This document shows, in pieces, positions 38,467 through 46,484 of a stretch of DNA of 64,000 nt. Position 1 is the stretch's first letter, and every line of letters begins with the position of its first letter. Source of the DNA: Pseudomonadota bacterium (GTDB lineage: Bacteria; Pseudomonadota; Gammaproteobacteria; Burkholderiales; Burkholderiaceae_D); assembly GCA_040388805.1 (NCBI GenBank), contig JAZKBE010000032.1:485-64484 (forward strand), read 5' to 3'. Position numbers and translations under genes: made by a program. Below the pieces are notes generated by a model. That model saw only the letters and a list, made by a program, of their open reading frames with translations, was not told where the DNA came from and searched no databases.

Positions 38467-40042
38467 CGCAGGCGTAGGGCGCCATCTGCGCGCCATTGAC
38501 GCCGAAGGCATACAGGCTGCGGTGGGCCGCGATGGCGAGCGGCAGCGCGCATGGCTCGCCCGACAGATTGACTGCGACCAGGATGCGCTGCGCCGGCGTG
38601 CTGCGCCAAAACAGCAGCAATTGCGGCGCGCCGCTGCGCACGAAATGCACCGCGCCGTGGCGCAGGGCTGCGTGTTCGCGGCGCAGCGCGATCAGCGCGC
38701 GGTAGTGGTGGAAGGTGGTGTCGTCGAAGCTGTCCCAGTCGAGCTGCATGCCGTCGAACAGCGAAGCCCAGGTGTTCAGGCGCGGCTCGTTGAATTCCTG
38801 GCCCATCATCAGGTGCGGCACGCCGTCGAGCGTGAGCACCACGGCCGCCGCCGCCAGATGGAGCAGGCGGCCGAAATACAGGTGGGCCCTGCCCTGCTCC
38901 TTTTCTTCCAGCCAGCGCATGCGCAGCGCGCCGCGCGGGAAAGTGTAGGTCGATTCTTCCCATTGCCAGCGGACCGCATCGGCGCCCGCCTGGCCCTGGG
39001 AGATGCGCAGCATGGTTTCGCGCGCACCGCCGTCGTAGGTGAGGTCGCAGGCGTCCAGGTGGTGCAGTTCGTCGGTCGATTGCGAAATGAGGCCGATATC
39101 GGGCCGCACGGCCACCAGGGCGGCGCGGATCTCGTCGAGGAAATCGAGCGGCGTGATGTCGGCATCGTCGAAGCGCATGCCGTCCAGGTCGAAGCCGGTG
39201 ATCCAGTCCTGCATGGCCTTGATCAGGTAGGCGCGCAGCGCGCGGCTGCGGAAGTCGAAGCCGGCGAACATGCTGCGGTTCGGTACCGCGTAATACACGC
39301 GCCCGGCCGCGTCGCGCGTGAACCAGTCGGGATGGGTGTCGGTCAGCGGGTTGTCGGCACTGGCGCGGTTGAGCGTCCAGTCGAAGATGATGCGCATGCC
39401 GCGCGCATGCATGTCGGCGACCAGCGCGCGCAGCTCGTCGGCAGTGCCCAGCGCCGGATCGATCGCCAGGAAGTCGCGCGTGGCGTACAAGTCGCCATGG
39501 CTGCGGTTGCGCGGCTGCACCGGCATCATCCAGATGACGTTGATGCCCAGGTCCTGCAGGTAGGGCAGCTTCGCGCGCACCCCGTTGAAGGTACCGGCAA
39601 AGGCGTGCACCGACAGCTGGTAGATGACCGCGTCGCGCAGCCATTGCGGGCTGGCCAGCGCCGTGCGGCGGCGATACAGGTCGCCCGGCGTCTGCTGCGA
39701 TGCTTCGCCGGTGCGGATGAACACATCGCCGAACTCGTTGATCGTGAAGCAGGAATTGTTCTGCGCGTCTTCGGAAATCCATGGGTTGGCCGGATCGAGG
39801 ATCCAGTCGGTGCCGTTGACGACAATCTTGTAGTGATGGCGGCCCGGGTTGGCGCGTACCGTGCCCTGCCAGGTGCTGCGGCCCACGCGCGTCAGGGGCG
39901 CGGCATCGCCCACCCAGCTGTTGAAGGTGCCGGCAACGGCGACGCTGTCGACGCCTGCCCCGCCTTCGAAAGTAAACCGGATGCCGGCGGCTGTTTTTTG
40001 CGGCAGCAGTTCGTGCCGGAGAGGTCGGATAGAAGTCGTCAT
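38450..40042 (-). CDS. CBM48/E-set + GH13 alpha-amylase-fold protein with non-canonical active site
   Basis: N-terminal SVAVAGTFNSW...YKIVVNG..W..DP.NP; GH13 scaffold (DAVIYQL, LQDLGINVIWMMP, IDPALGT, DGMRFD, GVPHLMMGQE). Start ATG at 40042; no signal peptide. Confidence 0.85.
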   Translation of the reverse strand: MTTSIRPLRHELLPQKTAAGIRFTFEGGAGVDSVAVAGTFNSWVGDAAPLTRVGRSTWQGTVRANPGRHHYKIVVNGTDWILDPANPWISEDAQNNSCFTINEFGDVFIRTGEASQQTPGDLYRRRTALASPQWLRDAVIYQLSVHAFAGTFNGVRAKLPYLQDLGINVIWMMPVQPRNRSHGDLYATRDFLAIDPALGTADELRALVADMHARGMRIIFDWTLNRASADNPLTDTHPDWFTRDAAGRVYYAVPNRSMFAGFDFRSRALRAYLIKAMQDWITGFDLDGMRFDDADITPLDFLDEIRAALVAVRPDIGLISQSTDELHHLDACDLTYDGGARETMLRISQGQAGADAVRWQWEESTYTFPRGALRMRWLEEKEQGRAHLYFGRLLHLAAAAVVLTLDGVPHLMMGQEFNEPRLNTWASLFDGMQLDWDSFDDTTFHHYRALIALRREHAALRHGAVHFVRSGAPQLLLFWRSTPAQRILVAVNLSGEPCALPLAIAAHRSLYAFGVNGAQMAPYACAIALG

Positions 40043-40063
40043 GTGGCGATATTCTACCCATAT

Positions 40064-40099
40064 AAAAAAACCCCCGCCAGGGGACAACCTGCGGGGGTT
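40064..40099 (-). terminator. Intrinsic terminator between the TBDR and GH13 genes
   Basis: Minus strand AACCCCCGCAGG-TTGTCC-CCTGGCGGGGG followed by T7. Confidence 0.75.
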
Positions 40100-40145
40100 A
40101 AAGCTGTTGGCGCAGGTGGAGCCCTGTGCCTCCAGGAGAGCGCTG

Positions 40146-42512
40146 TTAGAACTTGGCCGAGATGCGCACGCCTGCAGTGCGCGGCGGGTTGTAGAAGGCA
40201 ACCCAGGTCTGGCCAGGGGTGCCGGCGGCAACCCAGTTCGCGTCCGTCTTGACCGCTTCGTCGGTGGCATTCATCACGAATACTTCGGCGAGCCATTTGC
40301 GGCCGGCCGCTTCGTAACGCAAGGCCAGGTCGAGCGTGCTGTAGGCTTTCTGTTCGCGTGCATCGGCAAAGCTGCCGGCCAGCTGCGCAGGACCCGGGGT
40401 GGTATTGAACTCGCTGATGTACGACTTGGTCTGGTAATGGACCGATGCACGCGGCGTGAGCTTGCCGTCGCCGATGGCGAAGTCATGCTCGTAGGCGGCC
40501 GTCATCGAGAAGGTCGGTGCGTGGCGCAGCTTGTTCCCTTTCAGGTTGATGCTTTGCGTATTGCAGTCCATGTACGACGAATCGCAGGTGATGAAGTCGC
40601 CATAGGTCGCGTCCAGCCAGTTGGCGTTGCCCATCAGGCGGTCGCTGCGGCCGATGCGCCAGTTGAACTCCGTTTCCACGCCGTTGATCGACGAGCGCGC
40701 GGCATTGCCCGTGACGACCTGCTGCTGGCCGTTCTGCAGGCGTTCCACCGACGAGACCTGCATGTCCTTGTACTTCATCGCAAAGGCGGACACGTTGAAG
40801 GTCAGCGCGCGGTTGAACCATTCCGACTTCAGGCCCAGCTCGTAGTTGGTGATGAACTCGGGCTTGAAGAAGCGCCCGCCGTCGCCGAAGCCGCCCGACT
40901 TGAAGCCGGTCGACACCGAGGCGTAGCCATTCACGTCGCGCGACATCATGTATTCGGCGCGCGCCAGGAAGGTGGTGGCGCTGTCCACCGGCGAGATGGC
41001 GCTGTTGTCGCCGCCGCCTGGCCAGGTGCCCGGTGCATAGGCGCTGCCGCAGGACTGTGCGTTGACCGGGCCGCCGGCGCCGATCAGGTGGCCGCCGGTA
41101 CCGACGGTCGAACCGAAGTTCGGGCATACCCAGTTGCGACCGCCCTTGTCTTCCTTCTGTTCACGCGTGTGGCGCATGCCGCCGGTGAGCTTGAAGCTGT
41201 CGGACAAAGCGAACGTCGCCTGACCGAATACGGCTTTCGAGTCGAGCGTGCGGTTCGGCTGGATGAAGGACATGGCCCAGGCAGTATCGCCAGGCAGGGT
41301 CGGATGCACCACGATCGGTCCCACGCCCGGCGTGACGGCCGTTTGCGAAATGTCGATGTCGAAGCGGATGCTGTTGTCTTCGTGGATCATGAAGCCGCCG
41401 ATCAGCCACTGGAACGGCGCTTTTTCATCGTTCGACTTGAACTGCAGCTCGTGCGTGTAGTTGTCGAACTTGGACCACTCGGTGCGGTGCTCCTGCTTGA
41501 AGCCCGGCAGCACGCCGGCATCGTTGTCGCTGGCATTGGTGCGTTTGAGCTGGCTGGCGCTGCCGATGTAGCTCAGTTCGACCGCGTCGGTCGGGCGGTA
41601 GTTCAGGCGCGTGCGGTAGCTCACGTTCGACTGGGCCAGTGCGCCCGGAGTGTCGATCAGGGCCGAATACAGCGGCTGGCCCGCGCGCGGACGCTGCATC
41701 AGCGCCACGTTGCCGGTGCCGTTGTCGCGGTAGTACTCGATGGCGCCCAGGGCGTCGAAGCGGTCGGTCGGATGCCACTTGGCCGAAGCGCGCACGCCCA
41801 GCTGGTCGCCGGCCATGTACTTGCGCTGGCCCGACACCACGTTCGAACGGGGCTGGAAGTCGACATAGCCGTCATGCTTTTCGCTGATGGCGGCCACGCG
41901 CACTGCCAGGGTATCGGACAGCGGCACGTTGACCGCGGTGCTCATGCCGATGCGGTTGTACTGGCCGGCGATGAACTGGGCATTGCCGCCGAACTTGTCG
42001 AAGCGCGGCTTGGCCGTTTCCAGGTTGACCGAGCCGGCGGTGGCGTTACGGCCGGACAGCGTGCCTTGCGGGCCGCGCGCCACCTCGACGTGATCGAGGT
42101 CGTACATCAATACAGTGGCGCCCTGCGGACGCGGCGAATACACGCCGTCAACGTGGAAGGCGACGGCAGGATCGCCGATTTCGGTGTGGTTGGTGGAACC
42201 GACGCCGCGCATGAACACGTGCACGCCGCCCGAGTCGCCGTGCTGCTCGACCACCAGGTTGGGCACCATGACCTGCAACGAGGTCAGGTCGACCACGCCG
42301 GCATTGTCCAGGGTGGCCTGGCTGAAGGCGGTGACGGCCAGCGGCGTATCCTGCAGCAGCGTGGCGCGCTTGGTGGCGGTCACGACGATGCGTTCGACCT
42401 GGTCGGACTCTCCCTGTACCGGTGCGCTCTGCTGCGCGAATGCGCCGCCCGCGGACAAGATCGCGAACGGTGCCAGCGTCCACACCATTTTTCTCTTTGT
42501 TGAATGCTTCAT
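40146..42512 (-). CDS. TonB-dependent outer membrane receptor
   Basis: Signal peptide, TonB box ERIVVTA, plug motifs (FHVDGVY, EVARGPQGTLSGRNATAGSVN), C-terminal PRTAGVRISAKF. Confidence 0.95.
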   Translation of the reverse strand: MKHSTKRKMVWTLAPFAILSAGGAFAQQSAPVQGESDQVERIVVTATKRATLLQDTPLAVTAFSQATLDNAGVVDLTSLQVMVPNLVVEQHGDSGGVHVFMRGVGSTNHTEIGDPAVAFHVDGVYSPRPQGATVLMYDLDHVEVARGPQGTLSGRNATAGSVNLETAKPRFDKFGGNAQFIAGQYNRIGMSTAVNVPLSDTLAVRVAAISEKHDGYVDFQPRSNVVSGQRKYMAGDQLGVRASAKWHPTDRFDALGAIEYYRDNGTGNVALMQRPRAGQPLYSALIDTPGALAQSNVSYRTRLNYRPTDAVELSYIGSASQLKRTNASDNDAGVLPGFKQEHRTEWSKFDNYTHELQFKSNDEKAPFQWLIGGFMIHEDNSIRFDIDISQTAVTPGVGPIVVHPTLPGDTAWAMSFIQPNRTLDSKAVFGQATFALSDSFKLTGGMRHTREQKEDKGGRNWVCPNFGSTVGTGGHLIGAGGPVNAQSCGSAYAPGTWPGGGDNSAISPVDSATTFLARAEYMMSRDVNGYASVSTGFKSGGFGDGGRFFKPEFITNYELGLKSEWFNRALTFNVSAFAMKYKDMQVSSVERLQNGQQQVVTGNAARSSINGVETEFNWRIGRSDRLMGNANWLDATYGDFITCDSSYMDCNTQSINLKGNKLRHAPTFSMTAAYEHDFAIGDGKLTPRASVHYQTKSYISEFNTTPGPAQLAGSFADAREQKAYSTLDLALRYEAAGRKWLAEVFVMNATDEAVKTDANWVAAGTPGQTWVAFYNPPRTAGVRISAKF

Positions 42513-42605
42513 GTGTCTCCTCGATTTCGTCGGTTGAATTTGTCGCAGCTCTTTGGCTGTTTATTTATTGTTGTGCTCTCCGTCATGTCGTCGCGTTCTC
42601 TCGCT

Positions 42606-42735
42606 TGAAAACGTTTTCATGATGTGCAGCCATTTAACACCTGATTTTTTGCCAAGTCAAACATTTTATGAAAACGTTTTCAAGAAATTGAGGGGAATGG
42701 GGCAAATATGGTACGCTGCGATGAAAAGCTTTTCA
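42606..42735. promoter_or_regulatory. Three LacI-family operators in the TBDR / lacI divergent promoter
   Basis: TGAAAACGTTTTCA at 42606-42619 and 42669-42682; TGAAAAGCTTTTCA at 42722-42735. Confidence 0.85.
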
Positions 42736-42736
42736 C

Positions 42737-43771
42737 ATGAATGGATGCCCCTTGAACGACCCCGACAACAGCGCCCCACCCTCCACCCTGATCGACGTCG
42801 CGCGCCTGGCCGGCGTCTCGCCCAGCACCGTGTCGCGCATCCTCAACGGCACCGCCAAGGTCTCCGACGACAAGCGCCTGGCGGTGTTGTCGGCCATCGA
42901 CAAGATGAATTTCGCGCCCAACCAGATGGCGCAGGGCTTAAAGCGCGGCAAATCGATGACGATCGGAATCGTGGTGCAGGATATCTCCAGCCCCTTCTTC
43001 GACGAAACGCTGCGCGGGGTCGACGATGGCATCAAGGGCACCGGCTATGCGTCGGTGATCGTCAGCGGCCACTGGAACGCGGACGAGGAAGTCGAGCGCA
43101 TCCGCCTTCTGCTGGCGCGCAAGGTGGACGGCATCATCGTGCTGTCGGGGCGCCTGGGCGACGAAGCCATCCTGCAGTTCGCCAACCAGAAGCCCATCGT
43201 CTCGACCGGGCGCGAGCTGAACACGGCCAATGCGCTCGGCTTCAAGCTCGATAACGAATACGGCGCCTACCTCGCGGTGCGCCATTTGATCGAACTGGGA
43301 CACCGCCGCATCGCCTTCGTGACGGGGCCGGCCAACAACAACGACGCGGCCGAACGCCTGACCGGCTACAAGCGCGCGCTGCGCGAAGGCGATATAGTCT
43401 TCGATCCGAAGCTGGTGGCCGAAGGCGACTTCCATGAAGCGGGCGGCCTGCTGGCGGCCAGCCACCTGTTCGAAACGAACCAGCAGTTCACCGCGGTGTT
43501 CGCGGCCAACGACCTTTCCGCCTATGGCATCAGGCTGTGCCTGTACCGCAAGGGAATCCGCGTGCCGGACGATATTTCACTGGTCGGTTTCGATGATTTG
43601 CCCGGTTCGTCCTACACCACGCCGCCGCTGACGACCATCCGCCAGCCGCTGTACGACATGGGCCGCATCGCCAGCAATTCGCTGCTGCGCCTGATCAATG
43701 GGGAAACGGTGACGGCATCGCTGCCGCCGCTGGAACTGGTGGTGCGCGAAACGACGCGCGTGATGCGCTAG
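42737..43771 (+). CDS. LacI family transcriptional regulator
   Basis: TLIDVARLAGVSPSTVSRILN HTH, NFAPN hinge, VFAANDLSA, SLVGFDD and PPLTTIRQP motifs. Start may be TTG at 42752. Confidence 0.95.
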   Translation: MNGCPLNDPDNSAPPSTLIDVARLAGVSPSTVSRILNGTAKVSDDKRLAVLSAIDKMNFAPNQMAQGLKRGKSMTIGIVVQDISSPFFDETLRGVDDGIKGTGYASVIVSGHWNADEEVERIRLLLARKVDGIIVLSGRLGDEAILQFANQKPIVSTGRELNTANALGFKLDNEYGAYLAVRHLIELGHRRIAFVTGPANNNDAAERLTGYKRALREGDIVFDPKLVAEGDFHEAGGLLAASHLFETNQQFTAVFAANDLSAYGIRLCLYRKGIRVPDDISLVGFDDLPGSSYTTPPLTTIRQPLYDMGRIASNSLLRLINGETVTASLPPLELVVRETTRVMR

Positions 43772-44142
43772 TTCCTGTTGAAGGAAGCGACGCAATAGTC
43801 GGTCATGGCCTTGAGCACGCCGGGGTCTTCGCCCACGGCGCCGGCCACGCCGATCTCCAGCTGCGGCAGCTCGGCGCGCAGCTGCTCCACCATCAGCGGC
43901 AGGTCGCGCAGCAAATGCCCGCCCTGCCCCAGGAACACCGGCACGATGGTCAGGCCCGTGACGCCCTGCGCGGCCAGGCTGGCGACATGGGCCGGCAGGC
44001 GCGGCTCCATCAGTTCGAGGAAGGCCAGCGATACCGGCACGCCGGGCATCTGCGCCTGGACCAGGTCGCGCAGGCGCTCGAACGGCGCGGCCCAGGATGC
44101 GGCGCGCGCACCGTGCGCGAACAGGACCAGGGCCCGCGTCAT
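43768..44142 (-). CDS. cbiX: CbiX/SirB family sirohydrochlorin chelatase
   Basis: LFAHG, AFLELM.P and VPVFLGQGGHLLRDLP motifs. ATG at 44142 overlaps the lptG stop. Confidence 0.88.
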   Translation of the reverse strand: MTRALVLFAHGARAASWAAPFERLRDLVQAQMPGVPVSLAFLELMEPRLPAHVASLAAQGVTGLTIVPVFLGQGGHLLRDLPLMVEQLRAELPQLEIGVAGAVGEDPGVLKAMTDYCVASFNRN

Positions 44143-45296
44143 CCGTACCTCTCGACCCGCCACAGCGCCGCCAGCGCCAGCGCCAGGAACACCAGGCTGG
44201 GCATGATGGCCGTGACGACGGCCGGCATGCCGCTCAGCAGTCCCAGGTGCGCGAACAGGCTGTTGACCAGCATGTAGCCGACCCCGATCATGATGCCGAT
44301 GAAGATCTTCAAGCTCACGCCGCCGCTGCGCGTGTGCAGGTAGGCGAAAGGCAGCGCCAGCGCCATCAGCACGAAGATGGCGAGCGGGTCGAACAGCTTC
44401 TTCCAGAACGCGATGTTGAAGCGTTCGGTCTCCTGCTTGTTTTCCGACAGGTGGCGCGTGTACACCGCCAGTTCGACGGCCGACATGCGCTCGGGATCGG
44501 ACGCCGACACGGAAATGATGCGGGGCGTGATCTCGGACACCAGGTCCATGGCCGGCAGCTTGCGCGTGGTGACCACGCTGCTGCCCTGGCCGAAATTGAC
44601 GGCGTCGGCGGCGGCCGGCGCGGTATTGGAGAACACGTTCTCGGTCACGTCCTCGAGGCGCCAGGTGTTGTTGCCGGTGAAGGTGGCGCGCGCCGCGGTG
44701 ATCAAAGAACGCATGCGCAGCGAGGTATCGAATTCATACAGGCGCACGTCGATCAGCTGGCCGTCGGGCCGGTACTGGCGCACATTGAAAAAGCGCGATC
44801 CGGTGACGGCGCCCTTGACGCCGTCGGCGCGCACCACATCCTTGGTCCACATGCCCGAACTGAGGCCCTGCGACACCGTGGCGCCGCGCGCGGTGAGTCT
44901 GAGCTTTTCCGCCAGCGGCGCGGTGCGCGGCGCGATCAGTTCGCCGAAAATGAAGGTCACGCCCACCAGCACGATGCCGATCTTGAAAAGCATGCCGGCC
45001 GCCATGCGGGTCGACATGCCGGAGGCGCGCATGATGGTGAATTCGGAACTCGATGCAAACTGCGCCATCGTGTAGATGGTGCCGATCAGGGCCGCGACCG
45101 GCATCACTTCATACACGTGGAACGGCAGGCGCAGCAGCACATACAGGAAGGCGTGCTGGATGGCGAAGCCGTTCTTGCCCACCGACGGCAGTTCGTTGGT
45201 CAAGTCGAAAAAGCCCGACAGCGCCAGGAATGCCGCCAGGACGAAGGCCACCGCCTGGGCGATGGAGACCGCGAAGTAACGCTGGAGGATGATCAT
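44139..45296 (-). CDS. lptG: LPS export ABC permease LptG
   Basis: ILQRYF, SSEFTIMRASG, FWKK...P.....LALPF motifs; tandem with lptF. Start at 45296. Confidence 0.92.
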   Translation of the reverse strand: MIILQRYFAVSIAQAVAFVLAAFLALSGFFDLTNELPSVGKNGFAIQHAFLYVLLRLPFHVYEVMPVAALIGTIYTMAQFASSSEFTIMRASGMSTRMAAGMLFKIGIVLVGVTFIFGELIAPRTAPLAEKLRLTARGATVSQGLSSGMWTKDVVRADGVKGAVTGSRFFNVRQYRPDGQLIDVRLYEFDTSLRMRSLITAARATFTGNNTWRLEDVTENVFSNTAPAAADAVNFGQGSSVVTTRKLPAMDLVSEITPRIISVSASDPERMSAVELAVYTRHLSENKQETERFNIAFWKKLFDPLAIFVLMALALPFAYLHTRSGGVSLKIFIGIMIGVGYMLVNSLFAHLGLLSGMPAVVTAIMPSLVFLALALAALWRVERYG

Positions 45297-46426
45297 TGCG
45301 CCGCTCCTGCCGGCACGGCGTGGCGGCGGCGCTTGAAGCCGCCCCACAGCACCAGCGGATGATAGCGATGGTTGACGTTCAGGCGCCAGGCGAACATGGC
45401 GAACACCCACAGGCCCACCAGCAGGTGCAGCGGCCACCAGGCATAGGCGAATTCCACCTTGCCTTGGACCACGCTGCCCTCGGTCAGCTTGACCAGATTC
45501 AGGTAGGTGAAGAAGATCAGCAACGCGATGATCAGGTTGGCCGCGCTGCCGGCGCGCGGATTGACGAAGCCGAGCGGAATGGCCAGCAGGATCAGCATCA
45601 GGCAGGTGATCGGGGCGCCGATGCGAAACAGCAGCTCGGCCCGGGTCCAGCGATTGGGATTGTCGATCAGGTCCCGGGTCGACATGGCGTTCGACGGCAC
45701 CGTGCCCAGGGTGGGTTCCTTGCTGGCCACGCGCATGCTGTAGCGCTCGAACTCCATCGACTGGAAATCGGCCTGGCCCGGCGTGCCCTGGTAGCGCCGC
45801 CCGTTTTTCAGGACCAGGAACTGGCCGCCCTTGGCATCCTGCTCGATCACGCCTTCCTTGGCCACCACCACGGTATTGACCTTGTCCTGCACGGTGTTGA
45901 CGAACACGTTCTGCACCACCGTCGCGTCGCCGGTCACGCCTTCGACGAAGAACACGCGGTTACTGGACGACGATTCCTTGAACTGGCCGGGCGATACCTT
46001 TTTCAGGTCTTCGCGCTGTTCGAAGCGCTGCACGAATTCGGTGCTTTTCATCTTGGCCCATGGCGTGACGTACAGGCTGAGGATGCCGGTCAGGACCACC
46101 ATCGGCAGGCCGAAGGTGAGCACCGGACGGATCCAGCGCGCCAGCGACAGGCCCGAGGCAAACCACACCACCATCTCCGAATCGCGGTAGCTGCGCGTGA
46201 CGACGGCCAAAACAGAAATAAAGCTGGTGAGAGTCAGGACAGTTGGCAGATAATTCAACATTGCGAAGACAATCAACGCGACCACGTCGCCCGACGCGAC
46301 CTTGCCGCCCGCCGCCTTGCCGAGGATGGAAATCAGAGTCCATGTGACGAGGACCGTAAACAGTACCGTGAAAGTAGCGCCGGCCGATGCGGCCAATTCA
46401 CGTTGCAAGGCGCGTTGAAAGATCAT
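45293..46426 (-). CDS. lptF: LPS export ABC permease LptF
   Basis: [25 protein letters not shown] and [13 protein letters not shown] motifs; divergent from pepA. Confidence 0.94.
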   Translation of the reverse strand: MIFQRALQRELAASAGATFTVLFTVLVTWTLISILGKAAGGKVASGDVVALIVFAMLNYLPTVLTLTSFISVLAVVTRSYRDSEMVVWFASGLSLARWIRPVLTFGLPMVVLTGILSLYVTPWAKMKSTEFVQRFEQREDLKKVSPGQFKESSSSNRVFFVEGVTGDATVVQNVFVNTVQDKVNTVVVAKEGVIEQDAKGGQFLVLKNGRRYQGTPGQADFQSMEFERYSMRVASKEPTLGTVPSNAMSTRDLIDNPNRWTRAELLFRIGAPITCLMLILLAIPLGFVNPRAGSAANLIIALLIFFTYLNLVKLTEGSVVQGKVEFAYAWWPLHLLVGLWVFAMFAWRLNVNHRYHPLVLWGGFKRRRHAVPAGAAQ

Positions 46427-46484
46427 TCGAATTTATAATCACAGGTTAGGCAGTGCGCGTCACATACACGAAATGGAGATTCAA

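Noticed and set aside
37913-42512. hemP and the TBDR as one heme-uptake locus
   Set aside because: They are on opposite strands and separated by the GH13 gene. The TBDR promoter carries LacI operators and no Fur box.
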